This document shows, in pieces, positions 1 to 10,794 of a stretch of DNA of 32,926 bases. Position numbers and translations under genes: made by a program. Each line of letters opens with the position of its first letter. Position 1 is the stretch's first letter. Under the pieces are notes generated by a model that searched no databases, was not told the DNA's origin, and saw only the letters and a list, made by a program, of their open reading frames with translations. Source of the stretch: Candidatus Cloacimonadota bacterium. Lineage in GTDB: Bacteria; Cloacimonadota; Cloacimonadia; Cloacimonadales; WRIO01. The stretch spans positions 1-32,926 of the forward strand of contig JAKQQL010000255.1 in NCBI GenBank assembly GCA_029564175.1, in the 5' to 3' direction.

Positions 1-3000
1 CTAGCCTGATATTCAGGAACAGAGTTTACTGTTATCGTATTGCCAAGAGTTGGAGCTGTTTCGCTTCCGAGAATTACAATACCATTTACATGGTAAAGAG
101 CAGCACCTTTTGCTCCGGAACCAATTGCATGATTGTCAGAAATGATGTTTTCCTGATCAATCACAATTTTGTTGGTCAGCGCAGCGGTTGCTTCAATATA
201 AAGTGCAGCACCGAGAATATTGCCTTTATGTCCGGTAATCGTATTACCGGTCATCACAGCATTTGCATCTTTTAACTTGATGTACATTGCTGTACCTGTT
301 CCGGCAGTTGTTAAATAAGGAGAGATCAAACCGCCTGTAGCCAGAATGGTTTCAGCACTAGTATCATCGTAATTGTTGGTAATGCTGTTATCCGTAATTG
401 TCATGTTTTCACTGCTGATACGAATATGATTGCTCTTGTACATATTATCTTTGAAGATATTATTGGTGAATGCCATTGGACCTGCAGCTGTTTTCACAGC
501 AGAAAGAATAGAAGCTGTAGCGCCTGAAGCCACATTGTATTCATTTGCTCCGCTTCCGCCAACGGTATTGTTTCTGAATTCTTCAAGGTATAAAGAGCTG
601 ATTAAATCAGTCGTAGGAGATTTAATCTTTTTAATGACATTATTATTGATTACTTTACCGTTCAGAATTGCATAGCCGTTATCGACAGCGACGCCTGAGC
701 CGGTTAATGTGTTATTGGTGATTGTAGCCAGGTTGTCAGATTTGATATAATTTCCAACTACATTAGTAATCGTATTATTATGAATCAGAATACCATTTTC
801 AATCGCAGTCCCTTTCATTAAGGTAATGCTATTGTTTTTGATACTTGCACTTGCATTTGCGTCAGCCTTAATACCATAAGCACCTGTCATGGTGATGGTC
901 TCATGACCTAAAATGGTATTATCCTGAATCAAGACACCATTGGTAATCGCATTACCAATTGGATAAGTAATGGTATTTCTTTCAATTCTTGCACTTGTGT
1001 TTGCAGTAGCAGTAATTGCATAATTAGCAACAACTGTACCTGTAACAGCTGGATTAGCTGCCACATTAATTACGATGGTGTTATCGGTAATGATTTTACC
1101 GCCACTGATACCATAACCCATATTATTGGTAATGGTGTTTCCACTGACAGTCGCATCTGCATCTGCTTTGATCGCATTGGTACTACGGGTAGCCACTAAA
1201 CTAGCATCAGAGTTGTTAATCGTGTTATTGAGAATGGTTTTTCCGTTTTGAATACCAAAGCCAGGATTGTCAGTTATTACATTATCTTTTACAACCGCAT
1301 TGTTGCTTGCATCTGCTAAAATAGCACCTGCACCATTTTTAATAATTGTATTGTTTAAGATATTTTTACCGTTTTGGATTGCTGCACCGACATTGCCATG
1401 ATTTGCAGCTGCGCCACCAATCGTATTGAATGATACGGTTGCATTTTTAATCGCTTTAATCGCAATACCACCATTACTTCTAATGATATTATTGTATATT
1501 ACAGGTGCACCATCAGTTGCAGTACTGTTAATATCAATAGCTGTTCCGGTAACAAAAGTAATGGTATTTGATGAGATCATTGCATTCTTATTGGTTGTTT
1601 GAATACCTAAACCAGCAAATTTGTGATCAATATCAGTACCGGTAATCGTATTTGAAGCGATGAGCATTCCACCTCTGATACCATATTTTACTGTTTGAGT
1701 ACCAGTTACATCAAATGTATTTATGGCATTGTTCATTACATAAGAACCGGATCCTACATCAATACCATTTTCAGTATGAGTGAAAGTACAGTCTTTGATA
1801 TATAGGTCACCAGTAGCACCAGTTGCCAGTGAAATCGGTTTTGTGGTATATTCCAGATCGACATTATTAAGATAATTACCTGAAATATAGCCATAGTTTG
1901 GTCCGGTAACCAGCGCATCATGAGTGGTTCCGTTAAACTCAATCCCTTGCCATGAAGTAGTATTGGTAGAAGCTCTCTTCATTGTGATCGCATTACCTGT
2001 ACCATCAGCAACAATATTACCATTAATGGTTAATTTTGTGCCGGTAGTAAATTCACAAGTAACCCCACCTTCAATGGTTAAAGTAGCACCTTGTGCAATA
2101 CCTGGGTTCATCGCAAAACGATAACCATCATATCCGTTAATTGCATTTAATGCATCAGAGTTTACTTCAGTTAAGGTTCTGTTTGCAGGAATTATTGAGG
2201 TAATCTGATAACCATTAGTCGCAGGAACTGTGGTAAATACCCAAGCACCCATATCCCCTAAGTTATCTGGCACGCTGTTTGCAGCTGTTGGTTTTGCCAC
2301 GACTTTCCAGAAGTAAGAAGTACCAAAGGTCAAGTCAATTTCAGGATATAAATAGGTATTGGTTGTTGTATAGGTCTGAGTATGATTATCATCAGGGAAT
2401 GTTACATCAGTAGATATCTTAACTTCGTAATGAGTTAAATCGGTTGATCCTCTACCTGTTGCAGATTCCCATGATAACATTGGATAAATATCGGTATTGG
2501 TAGTGAAGTTTGCAGGTGTCAGCATGTTAAATTCACTATATGTAAGGGTTGTAACCGTTAAATTTGCTGGAACTGCAAAATCAGCACCTAATGAGGTAGT
2601 TGCTTTGATACTGTTAACAGCAGCTGCTGCTTCAATGGTTTTAGTCATTGGGTTAGTTGAAGCACCCACAGCAATATTAGTAACAGGACTTTGTAACACA
2701 AAACCAACCGGATCCAGAGTCGAAATGATTCTGACTAAGTTAGTGGTTGTGCCTGTAAAAGTAGAAGTTTCATCAAATGTGATACTGACAGGTGCAAATG
2801 AACCGGCAGTTACAAAGTCTCCTGGGGTGTTATCCAACCAGATAAAGTCTTTTTTGATAGTTGGTTGAGCCCATGGATAGACAGAAATACGGTCTGCTTT
2901 AGAAGCAGTTGTGATTGCGTTTAACTGAGCTTTTGTCAGATTTAAATGATAGCCTGATGCACCATTATCAATTGCATAGAAAACATTTTCTACGCCGGTA

Positions 3001-4178
3001 TTCATGTTTTTGACAATTACTTTTTCTGAGTTGTTCTGGCTTGCAGAAACAAAAACAAAGAAAACACCATTGTCAGTCGGGTCAGCAGTTTGATTTCCGA
3101 CAGCATCAGTTGTATAATCTGTATCGAACGCATTGACTGCTGTGATTGCGACATGAACAGGGTTAGGAGAATTGACAGTCATCGTACTGCCATAAATGAA
3201 TTTTAAAGAAAGGGTTTCATTGTTGGTTAATTCAATTTTTGCAGCATCTGAGTTGTCATCGCCATCCCAGTCTTCAATGGTAATTTCTTTTGAAATTGAA
3301 GAGGTAACACTATCCGGAGCTGTAAAAACCAGCGGAATTGCAGGGCGATCTGATTCAGAAATTGAAGTAAGCGCTGTCATACTGATCGTTGAATTTGCAG
3401 CCAGGATTCCTGAAAGATCTTCAAATTCATCAGTAACAACAGTTAACTTAATCTTATCTGTTCCAGGAGTAATACCAACAGTTTGGTTTGCATACATATC
3501 AACATAGCCACCATTATTAGGATTATACTCATAAGTTTCTGATATGATTGTTAAGGCTTTAGTTGTGAAAGAAGTCTGAACAGACCAGTCTCCGTCTCTT
3601 TTTACTCTCCAGTAATAAGTGGTATTATATTTTAAAGGAGTAGTAGTAGGAACTTGATAATAGTTGTTTTCAACTGTGTTGAGATTAACAGTCGGGCTCG
3701 AAAAATCAGCATTTTCAGAGATTACAACTGTATAATTGCCAGCACCATCCAGTGCAGTCCATTTTAAATAAGGTAATACGGACATCTTAGGGGTCGTGAA
3801 AGTCGCAATACTTGAACGAACATATTCACCATTAACAAGAATTTCAGCACTTTCAGCATTGTACTGTCTGACTTGCCAATAGTAAGTCGTGTTGTATTCA
3901 AGAATGTTGGGTGCTACTAAAGCGTTGGAGACAGGGCTTCCTGCACCCGCTTTAGTAATTTCAATCGGACTGCTGAGAGAAGGGCTTTTACTAATAAATA
4001 TTTTAAAATTATTAGGCTGGTCCCCAGCATAAGTCCAGGTAAGCGTTGGCAGGACCGTCGTAGTAGTCTGCAAAGTTGCATTAATGTGAGTACTGCCCGG
4101 CGTAATAGATGTCGCTGCCCAGACCGAGCTGGTCAGGAGCGCTATTAGACCGATGAGGAGTAATAATTTCTTACTCAT
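1..4178 (-). CDS. Giant secreted/surface protein: signal peptide, Fn3-like domains, right-handed parallel beta-helix repeats; 3' end truncated by window edge
   Basis: Manual translation from ATG 4178 (MSKKLLLLIGLIALLTSSVWA|ATSITPG...) is open to position 1 (...TVNSVPEYQA). Recurrent 'LxW...Y(N)TTYYW(Q/R)V...FTT' Fn3-like motifs, then many 'I.NNTI' beta-helix rungs. Alternative in-frame ATG at 4193. Not in the ORF track because it has no stop in the window. Confidence 0.88.
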   Translation of the reverse strand, partial: MSKKLLLLIGLIALLTSSVWAATSITPGSTHINATLQTTTTVLPTLTWTYAGDQPNNFKIFISKSPSLSSPIEITKAGAGSPVSNALVAPNILEYNTTYYWQVRQYNAESAEILVNGEYVRSSIATFTTPKMSVLPYLKWTALDGAGNYTVVISENADFSSPTVNLNTVENNYYQVPTTTPLKYNTTYYWRVKRDGDWSVQTSFTTKALTIISETYEYNPNNGGYVDMYANQTVGITPGTDKIKLTVVTDEFEDLSGILAANSTISMTALTSISESDRPAIPLVFTAPDSVTSSISKEITIEDWDGDDNSDAAKIELTNNETLSLKFIYGSTMTVNSPNPVHVAITAVNAFDTDYTTDAVGNQTADPTDNGVFFVFVSASQNNSEKVIVKNMNTGVENVFYAIDNGASGYHLNLTKAQLNAITTASKADRISVYPWAQPTIKKDFIWLDNTPGDFVTAGSFAPVSITFDETSTFTGTTTNLVRIISTLDPVGFVLQSPVTNIAVGASTNPMTKTIEAAAAVNSIKATTSLGADFAVPANLTVTTLTYSEFNMLTPANFTTNTDIYPMLSWESATGRGSTDLTHYEVKISTDVTFPDDNHTQTYTTTNTYLYPEIDLTFGTSYFWKVVAKPTAANSVPDNLGDMGAWVFTTVPATNGYQITSIIPANRTLTEVNSDALNAINGYDGYRFAMNPGIAQGATLTIEGGVTCEFTTGTKLTINGNIVADGTGNAITMKRASTNTTSWQGIEFNGTTHDALVTGPNYGYISGNYLNNVDLEYTTKPISLATGATGDLYIKDCTFTHTENGIDVGSGSYVMNNAINTFDVTGTQTVKYGIRGGMLIASNTITGTDIDHKFAGLGIQTTNKNAMISSNTITFVTGTAIDINSTATDGAPVIYNNIIRSNGGIAIKAIKNATVSFNTIGGAAANHGNVGAAIQNGKNILNNTIIKNGAGAILADASNNAVVKDNVITDNPGFGIQNGKTILNNTINNSDASLVATRSTNAIKADADATVSGNTITNNMGYGISGGKIITDNTIVINVAANPAVTGTVVANYAITATANTSARIERNTITYPIGNAITNGVLIQDNTILGHETITMTGAYGIKADANASASIKNNSITLMKGTAIENGILIHNNTITNVVGNYIKSDNLATITNNTLTGSGVAVDNGYAILNGKVINNNVIKKIKSPTTDLISSLYLEEFRNNTVGGSGANEYNVASGATASILSAVKTAAGPMAFTNNIFKDNMYKSNHIRISSENMTITDNSITNNYDDTSAETILATGGLISPYLTTAGTGTAMYIKLKDANAVMTGNTITGHKGNILGAALYIEATAALTNKIVIDQENIISDNHAIGSGAKGAALYHVNGIVILGSETAPTLGNTITVNSVPEYQA

Positions 4179-4306
4179 GATTTTTACCTTCATGTTATTT
4201 ACTCATATTTCTTTTTCGACTTTTTTATAAAAATCTTTAGAACTATTTGTGTTTATTATTCTGAACACACTATTCATTTTCCCCTCCTTACGTGCGGGAC
4301 TTGTAA

Positions 4307-4353
4307 AATTCCCCTCCGGTGGAGGGGTGCCCCTTTTGGGGCGGGGTGGTACG
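4307..4353 (+). repeat. CCCCTCC/GGAGGGG palindromic dispersed repeat
   Basis: aattcccctccggtggaggggtgccccttttggggcggggtggtacg; one of about 9 copies in the window. Confidence 0.85.
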
Positions 4354-4426
4354 TTCTCCCGTACTACATATATCCTGCTTGTAGTCTTTTCTGTGAGCAG
4401 GTAGATTACGGTACGATTGCGATTTC

Positions 4427-4531
4427 GTAGGGGCAACCCTTGCGGTTGCCCCTATTTGCGTTTTTTTTGGTCAACCGCAAGGCTTGATCATACATGGTTT
4501 ACCAATGGGCAACCGCAAGGGTTGCCCCTAC
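4427..4531. repeat. Inverted pair of GTAG-type REP elements (REPIN-like) with a degenerate internal copy
   Basis: GTAGGGGCAACCCTTGCGGTTGCCC at 4427-4451 and its exact reverse complement at 4507-4531; degenerate copy at 4469-4493. Confidence 0.85.
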
Positions 4532-4604
4532 TACAGATTCTTAACTCGCACTTCGCTCCGTTGCAAGTCAAGTCTCTGCTCACCTATTTACACACTATCA
4601 TAAT

Positions 4605-4633
4605 AGGATAACTCTTTAGCCGGGTAATGTCAA
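4605..4633 (-). promoter_or_regulatory. Putative sigma70 promoter for the giant surface protein gene
   Basis: Minus strand TTGACA (4633-4628)-N17-TATCCT (4610-4605). Confidence 0.55.
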
Positions 4634-4920
4634 GAAATAATTAGACTTCACCAGATATTTTTTGGTCATTCATAACCTTGTTCGTAAAATCCATTTTTTA
4701 AACAAACCAAATATAGCAGATTCTGATATTTTGTAAAGCACTTTTTGCTCCCTGGAATTTTTTTCTTTTATCACCGTATAAGCTTGAATATTTTGCAATC
4801 TGTATGCCAATGAAGACCACAGAGGATTACGACCACGGAAATTCGGAAGAAAACGGAATAATAGTATGCTCACGCGGAGGCCCGGAGAGTGAAAAAGAGA
4901 AAGGGTGCAGAGTAGAGAAA

Positions 4921-4967
4921 AAATTCCCATTCTGTGGAGGGGTGGCACGAAGTGACGGGGTGGTACG
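4921..4967 (+). repeat. CCCCTCC/GGAGGGG repeat family, degenerate copy
   Basis: aaattcccattctgtggaggggtggcacgaagtgacggggtggtacg. Confidence 0.8.
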
Positions 4968-5118
4968 TTAATTGAAATCCATTCCGTGTTCGTGTTATAT
5001 TATGTCGCACCTACAGTGCTTGAATTGTGTCTCACTCTATACCCGTGGTTTCACCACGGGCTAGGATTCATTCGTTCCTCCGGAACTCTGGTTTTTACTG
5101 GCCTGATTGAATAAGGGT

Positions 5119-5143
5119 GGTCAAGCGCAAGGCTTGCCCCTAC
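5119..5143 (-). repeat. GTAG-type REP copy (same family as 4427)
   Basis: ggtcaagcgcaaggcttgcccctac resembles gggcaaccgcaagggttgcccctac. Confidence 0.7.
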
Positions 5144-5383
5144 CAGCTCACTCAAGGTATTCCTTTTGAAAAAAGAAAAATCCTGCCCAGGGATTAGCCG
5201 TAACATTTCTCATTACCTTATATATATGTCAGGCAGAATAGGAGAGTCTGTCCGGCATTTTTTAATATTTCATTCATTGCATTTATTGTTTTATAAATTT
5301 CATGTGGATTATTCTTATTTTTATTGACGTTTAAAATGCTTATAATATATTGGCATTATCCCATTTAATATTATGGAGGAACA

Positions 5384-7864
5384 ATGGAATATCCATTCAA
5401 TGAAATCGAGAAAAAATGGCAGGAAATCTGGGAGAAAAAGGAAATATTTAAAGCGCTAGATAATGCAGATAAAGAAAAATATTATGTGTTATCCATGTTT
5501 CCTTATCCTTCAGGCGCCTTACATATGGGGCATGTGTCCAATTATGCGATTGGCGATGCGATTAGCCGTTTTAAGATGACAGAAGGTTACAATGTCATGC
5601 AACCCATGGGTTATGATGCCTTTGGGATGCCTGCTGAAAACTTTGCCATCAAAAACAATTCTCACCCAAAAATTACAACTGAACAAAACATAGAAATTAT
5701 GCGTAAACAATTCCAGTTACTCGGTCTGGCGATTGACTGGACAAGAGAGCTGGCAACCTGTCGCCCTGACTATTACCACTGGGGACAATGGCTGTTTAAA
5801 CGGCTTTATGAAAAAGGACTGGTTTACCGCAAAACCTCGTTTGTGAACTGGTGTGATGAATGTCAGACCGTTCTGGCAAACGAACAGGTAGAAGATGGTA
5901 AATGCTGGCGTTGTGACCATATGGTTCGTCAGAAAGACCTGGAACAATGGTTTTTCAAGATTACTGATTATGCTGAAGAACTGCTTGATTTCTCCAAAAT
6001 GATTGAATGGCCTGAACGCGTTAAGACCATGCAGAGCAACTGGATAGGTAAAAGCGAAGGCACGGAAATCCATTTTAAATTGGAAAACAGCGACAAAATC
6101 ATCAAAGTCTTTACCACTCGCCCTGATACGGTGTATGGCGTAACCTTTATGGCATTGCCTCCAGAACATCCGTTGGTAATTGACTGGTTGGAAGATGAAA
6201 ATCCAGATTCTGAGATTGTAACATTCTGCAAGAAAGTGATTAACGAAGATAAGATTACACGTACGGCTGCCGATACGACAAAAGAAGGTGTTTTCACAGG
6301 ACATTACTGTATCAATCCGGTCAATGGAGATAAAGTACAGATCTGGGTAACCAATTACGTTTTGATGGATTATGGCACCGGCGCTGTAATGGCTGTTCCT
6401 GCCCATGATCAGAGAGATTTTGAATTTGCTAAAAAGTACCAGATCCCGATGAAAATTGTGATTCAAAATCCAGATAACAACCTTGTGCTGAATGAGATGA
6501 CTGAAGCTTATACAGAACCAGGTATTTTGGTCAATTCAAAACAATTTGACGGGATGAACAGTCAGGATTCCAAAAGCAAGATTTCTGAATATCTTCAGGA
6601 TACAGAACAAGGCAAAAAGACTGTTACATACAGATTACGTGACTGGGGCGTTTCACGTCAGAGATACTGGGGCAATCCTATTCCGGTTGTGTATTGTAAA
6701 GATTGTGGAACCGTTCTGGTGCCAGATGATCAGTTACCAGTCTTGTTACCGGACAATGTTCAGGTGGGGAAGACCACCCGTAATCCATTGCTTTCGGTAG
6801 AAGAATGGTTGCATACAACATGTCCAAACTGTGGCGGACCGGCTGTTCGTGAGTCCGATACCATGGATACCTTTGTGGATTCTTCCTGGTATTTTGCACG
6901 TTATACCGATGCACACAATGACAAAGAATTGTTTGATATAGAAAAAGCGAACTACTGGTTACCAGTTGATCAGTATATCGGGGGAATTGAACATGCCTGC
7001 ATGCACTTGCTGTATGCGCGTTTCTTCCATAAATTTATGAGAGATCTGGGTTTAGTTAAAGCAGATGAACCATTTGCAAGATTGCTGACTCAAGGCATGG
7101 TGCTGAAAGATGGCGCTAAGATGTCCAAATCTAAGGGCAATGTAGTTGATCCTCAGGAATATATAGATCGTTATGGTGCTGATACCATTCGTCTGTTTGT
7201 ACTCTTTGCTTCACCTCCTGAAAAAGATGTGGAATGGTCAGATGATGGTGTGATGGGATGTTTCCGTTTCTTAAATCGTATCTGGCGTTATTTTGATGCC
7301 AATTCAGAATTTATTGGTAAGTATCTGCACAATTATTCTGAAAATGCTGTTTTACGTCCTGAAATCAAAAATCTCAGATATTCTACCCATTTTACAGTTC
7401 AAAAGATCATAGAAGATATGCAGAGCAGAATGCAGTTCAATACGGATATCGCTTCTATTATGGAACACTTTAACAATCTGTCAGCACTCAAAGATCTGAG
7501 TATTTACAATGAAGATGAATGCAAAGTCATTGCGGAAGCAGCATCGATTATCCCCAGACTGCTTTACTTCTTTGCACCTCATACCTCTGAAGAACTTTGG
7601 TCAAGAATTGGTCAATTGACACTTCTGCATGCAGAAGGCTTACCGGTATCTAATCCAAAGTATGTCAAAAAAGACGAAATCGTCTATGTGATTCAGGTGC
7701 AGGGAAAAGTGCGCGGTAAAATGACTGTTTCTGCAGATCTGGATGAAGAAACGATTAAGAAACTGGCACTTGAAGTTGATAATGTGCAAAAAGCATTTGA
7801 AGGCAAAGAGATTGCCAAAATGATTGTCATTCCTAAAAAACTGGTCAGTATTGTTCTGAAATAA
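5384..7864 (+). CDS. leuS: Leucine--tRNA ligase
   Basis: 826 aa; MFPYPSGALHMGH (HIGH), KMSKS, editing-domain FTTRPDT and GTGAVMAVPAHDQRD motifs; RBS GGAGG. Confidence 0.98.
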   Translation: MEYPFNEIEKKWQEIWEKKEIFKALDNADKEKYYVLSMFPYPSGALHMGHVSNYAIGDAISRFKMTEGYNVMQPMGYDAFGMPAENFAIKNNSHPKITTEQNIEIMRKQFQLLGLAIDWTRELATCRPDYYHWGQWLFKRLYEKGLVYRKTSFVNWCDECQTVLANEQVEDGKCWRCDHMVRQKDLEQWFFKITDYAEELLDFSKMIEWPERVKTMQSNWIGKSEGTEIHFKLENSDKIIKVFTTRPDTVYGVTFMALPPEHPLVIDWLEDENPDSEIVTFCKKVINEDKITRTAADTTKEGVFTGHYCINPVNGDKVQIWVTNYVLMDYGTGAVMAVPAHDQRDFEFAKKYQIPMKIVIQNPDNNLVLNEMTEAYTEPGILVNSKQFDGMNSQDSKSKISEYLQDTEQGKKTVTYRLRDWGVSRQRYWGNPIPVVYCKDCGTVLVPDDQLPVLLPDNVQVGKTTRNPLLSVEEWLHTTCPNCGGPAVRESDTMDTFVDSSWYFARYTDAHNDKELFDIEKANYWLPVDQYIGGIEHACMHLLYARFFHKFMRDLGLVKADEPFARLLTQGMVLKDGAKMSKSKGNVVDPQEYIDRYGADTIRLFVLFASPPEKDVEWSDDGVMGCFRFLNRIWRYFDANSEFIGKYLHNYSENAVLRPEIKNLRYSTHFTVQKIIEDMQSRMQFNTDIASIMEHFNNLSALKDLSIYNEDECKVIAEAASIIPRLLYFFAPHTSEELWSRIGQLTLLHAEGLPVSNPKYVKKDEIVYVIQVQGKVRGKMTVSADLDEETIKKLALEVDNVQKAFEGKEIAKMIVIPKKLVSIVLK

Positions 7865-7875
7865 AGATAGTATAG

Positions 7876-7904
7876 AAAATCCCCCTCATCCGAGGGGGAT
7901 TTTT
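7876..7904 (+). terminator. Intrinsic terminator after leuS (possibly bidirectional)
   Basis: AAAATCCCCCTC-ATCC-GAGGGGGATTTTT. Confidence 0.85.
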
Positions 7905-7920
7905 AATTGTGAATGATAGA

Positions 7921-8236
7921 TGATGAATTATGAATGAGTTAAATTCCCCTCCGCTGGAGGGGTGGCACGAAGTGACGGGGTGGTACGTTTAATTGTGAAT
8001 TATGAATGATAAATGATGAATTATGAATGAGTACAAATTCCTTTCAAGAGCAGTTGATTTTAATACAATCTTCTCCGCATGAAACATTGTTTGAATCACC
8101 ACGAAAAGCATGAAAAATTTACATTCGCAAGCAGGTTGCTTGCGCTACTGGAGTGGAATTTTGCTCGTACCAGTCATTTTAACCGCTGTAGGCACCCATT
8201 TTTCTTTGCGTACTTTGCGCTCTTTGCGAGAAAAAA
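7921..8236 (+). repeat. Composite ~310-bp intergenic repeat, left copy
   Basis: 7-nt ATGAATG/ATAAATG runs + CCCCTCC element (7941-7987) + unique core + GTAG REP (8126-8148) + TTTGCG-rich module; inverted copy at about 15205-15560. Confidence 0.85.
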
Positions 8237-8278
8237 ACTGTTTGAAACACAGATCGAGGAGGTTTTCTTCCTGTTTTT

Positions 8279-8322
8279 CGGATTTACGGCATTTCGCTTC
8301 GCTTCATTTCGCAAATCCCTAC
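8279..8322 (-). repeat. 44-bp GTAG-type hairpin element
   Basis: Exact reverse complement of 31633-31676. Confidence 0.9.
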
Positions 8323-8586
8323 GAACAGGGAGCAGTCATTCTTACGTATATCGTACTTTACACAGACTTTACTTATCGTACTCTGTTTAGTTATGAAAAT
8401 ACTCCTTATTTCTTTGTTCATTTTTTTTAAATTAGCAGAGAAAATCTATCTTGTCGAATAATAAATATAAAAATTACGAAAAAATGTAGATTTGTTAGAA
8501 AAAAGCAAAAAATTTCATAAAAATGATTGACAGAATTTTAGGATTATGTTATTGAAATTAAAATCATCTATCATAGGGGGATAAAG

Positions 8587-10785
8587 TTGTTTGAGCACTC
8601 CATTAAGAGCCGGATGATCTGGCAGTTTTCTGTTACGACCTTTTTTATATTTCTGTTGTTTTCAATTTTTATCATTTATTCAGTATCCGTATCCCATAAA
8701 GAGTCAGCTTATGCCAAAATCAAAGCCGAGACTGATCAGGTTTCTGATCATATCAATACCGGATTTGAAAGTCGTTTTGCCTATTTACAGAGTATTAAGC
8801 ATAGTATTGAGGACAATGTTATCAAATCCCGTGAGGATGCCATTTCATTTATTAGATACCAGGCGTCTCAAAACAAAGAATTTCAGGGGATTTATCTGGC
8901 ATTCAAAGAAAATGGATTTGATGGGAAAGACGCCTTATACCGTGGGATGTTTAAGAAAGGCTCTAATGAAAACGGGCATTTTGATCCCTGGTGGTATTGG
9001 GAGGGAGATCAGCTGGTTTTTGGAGAAACAGAAGGTGATTTTTTTGAGGAAGATTATTATGCACTACCCAAAGAATCTGGTCAGACAATGTTGATCGAAC
9101 CTTATGCGGATCCTGATATCAATGTCTTAATGGCTTCATTTGTTCACCCGATATTTAGAAATCAGCAGTTTATAGGAATCGTTGGCGGGGATGTCACGCT
9201 GGAATATATCGACCAGATGATTTCCAAAATAAAGTATTATCAGAATGGTTATTCCTTTTTACTCAGTGGAAACGGGACATTTGTCGCTTTCCCTGATTCT
9301 GCTGTAGTTGGTAAACAGAATCTGCAGGATTATGCCAGGGCGCATCAAAATGAAGATCTGATCCATATTGCCAATGAAATAAATGCGGGTAAAGACGGTA
9401 TTTTTGAGTCTTTAGATCCAGTCTCTGATAAAAAATCAATCTACGTTTCCAGGCATTTTGGAAAAGGAAACTGGACTTTAGTGTCAGTGATCCCTAAAAA
9501 TGAGATGATGCATGAAATCAATCTTTTATGTCTAAAACTCATCCTGATCAGTTTATCAGCGATTCTGGTGATTTGTCTGATAGCCGGTCTGATTGCCAGT
9601 AAAATGAGTATGAATATCAAAGCCTGCGTGTTGGCTGCCAATCAGATTGCCGGCGGAAAAACAGATATTCAGCTGGACAGCGGTGGTACTGATGAGATTG
9701 CTCAGTTAAAACAATCGATGCAGCTGATGAGTGAAAATATATCAAAAATGACTGAAGATACAATCAGTTTATGCCAAAATGCCATCTCCGGACATTTATC
9801 TGAAAGGGCTGACCTTTCAAAACACAAAGGCGATTACAAACGAATCGTAGAAGGCTTTAATCAAACACTGGATGCAATCATCAATCCGATTCAGGAAGTG
9901 ATGGAGATTCTCAGACTGATGTCTGAAAAGGATTTAGGACATTTAATCACGCATAACTACCAGGGCGATTTAGAAAATTTTAAACAAAATATCAACAAAG
10001 CCTGTACCATTATCGAATCATCTCTGACACAGGTTGCTCTGTCAATTGAACAAATCAATATTGCCACCGAACAGATTTCAGCAGGCAATCAGGCTTTTGC
10101 CGAAGTGAGCGGACGTCAGGCGTCTATGTATCAGGAAATTTCAGGCGCTATGGATAAAATCAGCAGTATCAGCTCTAAAAACTCAGAATTTGCCTCAAAG
10201 GGTAAGTCCCTCTCTGTTCAGACGATGGGTTCCATTGAACAGGGCTATCAATCCATCCATACCATGAATCAAAGTATGCAAATGATCCTTCAGGCATCAG
10301 CCGATACAGAACAGATCGTCAAGACAATCGATGCAATCGCTTTTCAGACCAATATCCTGGCACTCAATGCAGCGGTAGAAGCAGCTCATGCAGGTGAAGC
10401 CGGAAAGGGCTTTGCGGTGGTGGCAGAAGAAGTAAAAAACCTTGCACTACGTAGTGCCGATGCAGCGAAACAAACTTATCACCTGATTGAAATTTCAAAA
10501 GAAAAAGCAGAAAACGGCGTCAAAATCCTCGATGAAACCACGCATAAATTTAAAGATATTCATTCCGGATTCGATCAGTTAAATCAGATTATCATTCAAA
10601 TATCTGACTCAGCAAATGAACAGATTCAGGAAGTAGATACAGTCTATCAGGATATCAGAAACCTCAATGAAATCACTCAGCAAAATGCAGCCAATGCGGA
10701 AGAATCAGCCGCTTCATCAGAGGAATTACAGAGTCAGACTGCTGAGCTTCAGAGTCTGATCTCCCAGTTTAAATTAAAAGAGTAA
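8587..10785 (+). CDS. Methyl-accepting chemotaxis protein (TM-dCache-TM-HAMP-signalling domain)
   Basis: Two TM segments, dCache-like 'IEPYAD...IGIVGGDV', HAMP repeats, conserved hairpin '[37 protein letters not shown]'; TTG start after AGGGGG. Confidence 0.93.
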   Translation: MFEHSIKSRMIWQFSVTTFFIFLLFSIFIIYSVSVSHKESAYAKIKAETDQVSDHINTGFESRFAYLQSIKHSIEDNVIKSREDAISFIRYQASQNKEFQGIYLAFKENGFDGKDALYRGMFKKGSNENGHFDPWWYWEGDQLVFGETEGDFFEEDYYALPKESGQTMLIEPYADPDINVLMASFVHPIFRNQQFIGIVGGDVTLEYIDQMISKIKYYQNGYSFLLSGNGTFVAFPDSAVVGKQNLQDYARAHQNEDLIHIANEINAGKDGIFESLDPVSDKKSIYVSRHFGKGNWTLVSVIPKNEMMHEINLLCLKLILISLSAILVICLIAGLIASKMSMNIKACVLAANQIAGGKTDIQLDSGGTDEIAQLKQSMQLMSENISKMTEDTISLCQNAISGHLSERADLSKHKGDYKRIVEGFNQTLDAIINPIQEVMEILRLMSEKDLGHLITHNYQGDLENFKQNINKACTIIESSLTQVALSIEQINIATEQISAGNQAFAEVSGRQASMYQEISGAMDKISSISSKNSEFASKGKSLSVQTMGSIEQGYQSIHTMNQSMQMILQASADTEQIVKTIDAIAFQTNILALNAAVEAAHAGEAGKGFAVVAEEVKNLALRSADAAKQTYHLIEISKEKAENGVKILDETTHKFKDIHSGFDQLNQIIIQISDSANEQIQEVDTVYQDIRNLNEITQQNAANAEESAASSEELQSQTAELQSLISQFKLKE

Positions 10786-10794
10786 GGAGTAAGC

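Noticed and set aside
4203..4948. Small ORFs in the region between the giant gene and leuS
   Set aside because: Largely translations of palindromic repeats or low-complexity DNA, with no coding signal.
5110..5130. T-box-like AATAAGGGTGGTCAAGCG upstream of leuS
   Set aside because: Does not fit UGGNACC, overlaps a REP copy, and no stem I or terminator arrangement is recognisable.
5519..6914. Antisense ORFs inside leuS (up to 249 aa)
   Set aside because: Shadow frames of a conserved gene with no protein-like motifs. The same applies to the small ORFs overlapping the other long CDSs and the plus-strand ORFs over 1-4178.
8079..8430. Similar short ORFs at 8079-8430 and 15161-15571 (M.HCLNHH.KHEKFTFASRLLAL)
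   Set aside because: Similarity comes from the composite DNA repeat; the frames diverge afterwards and there is no RBS.
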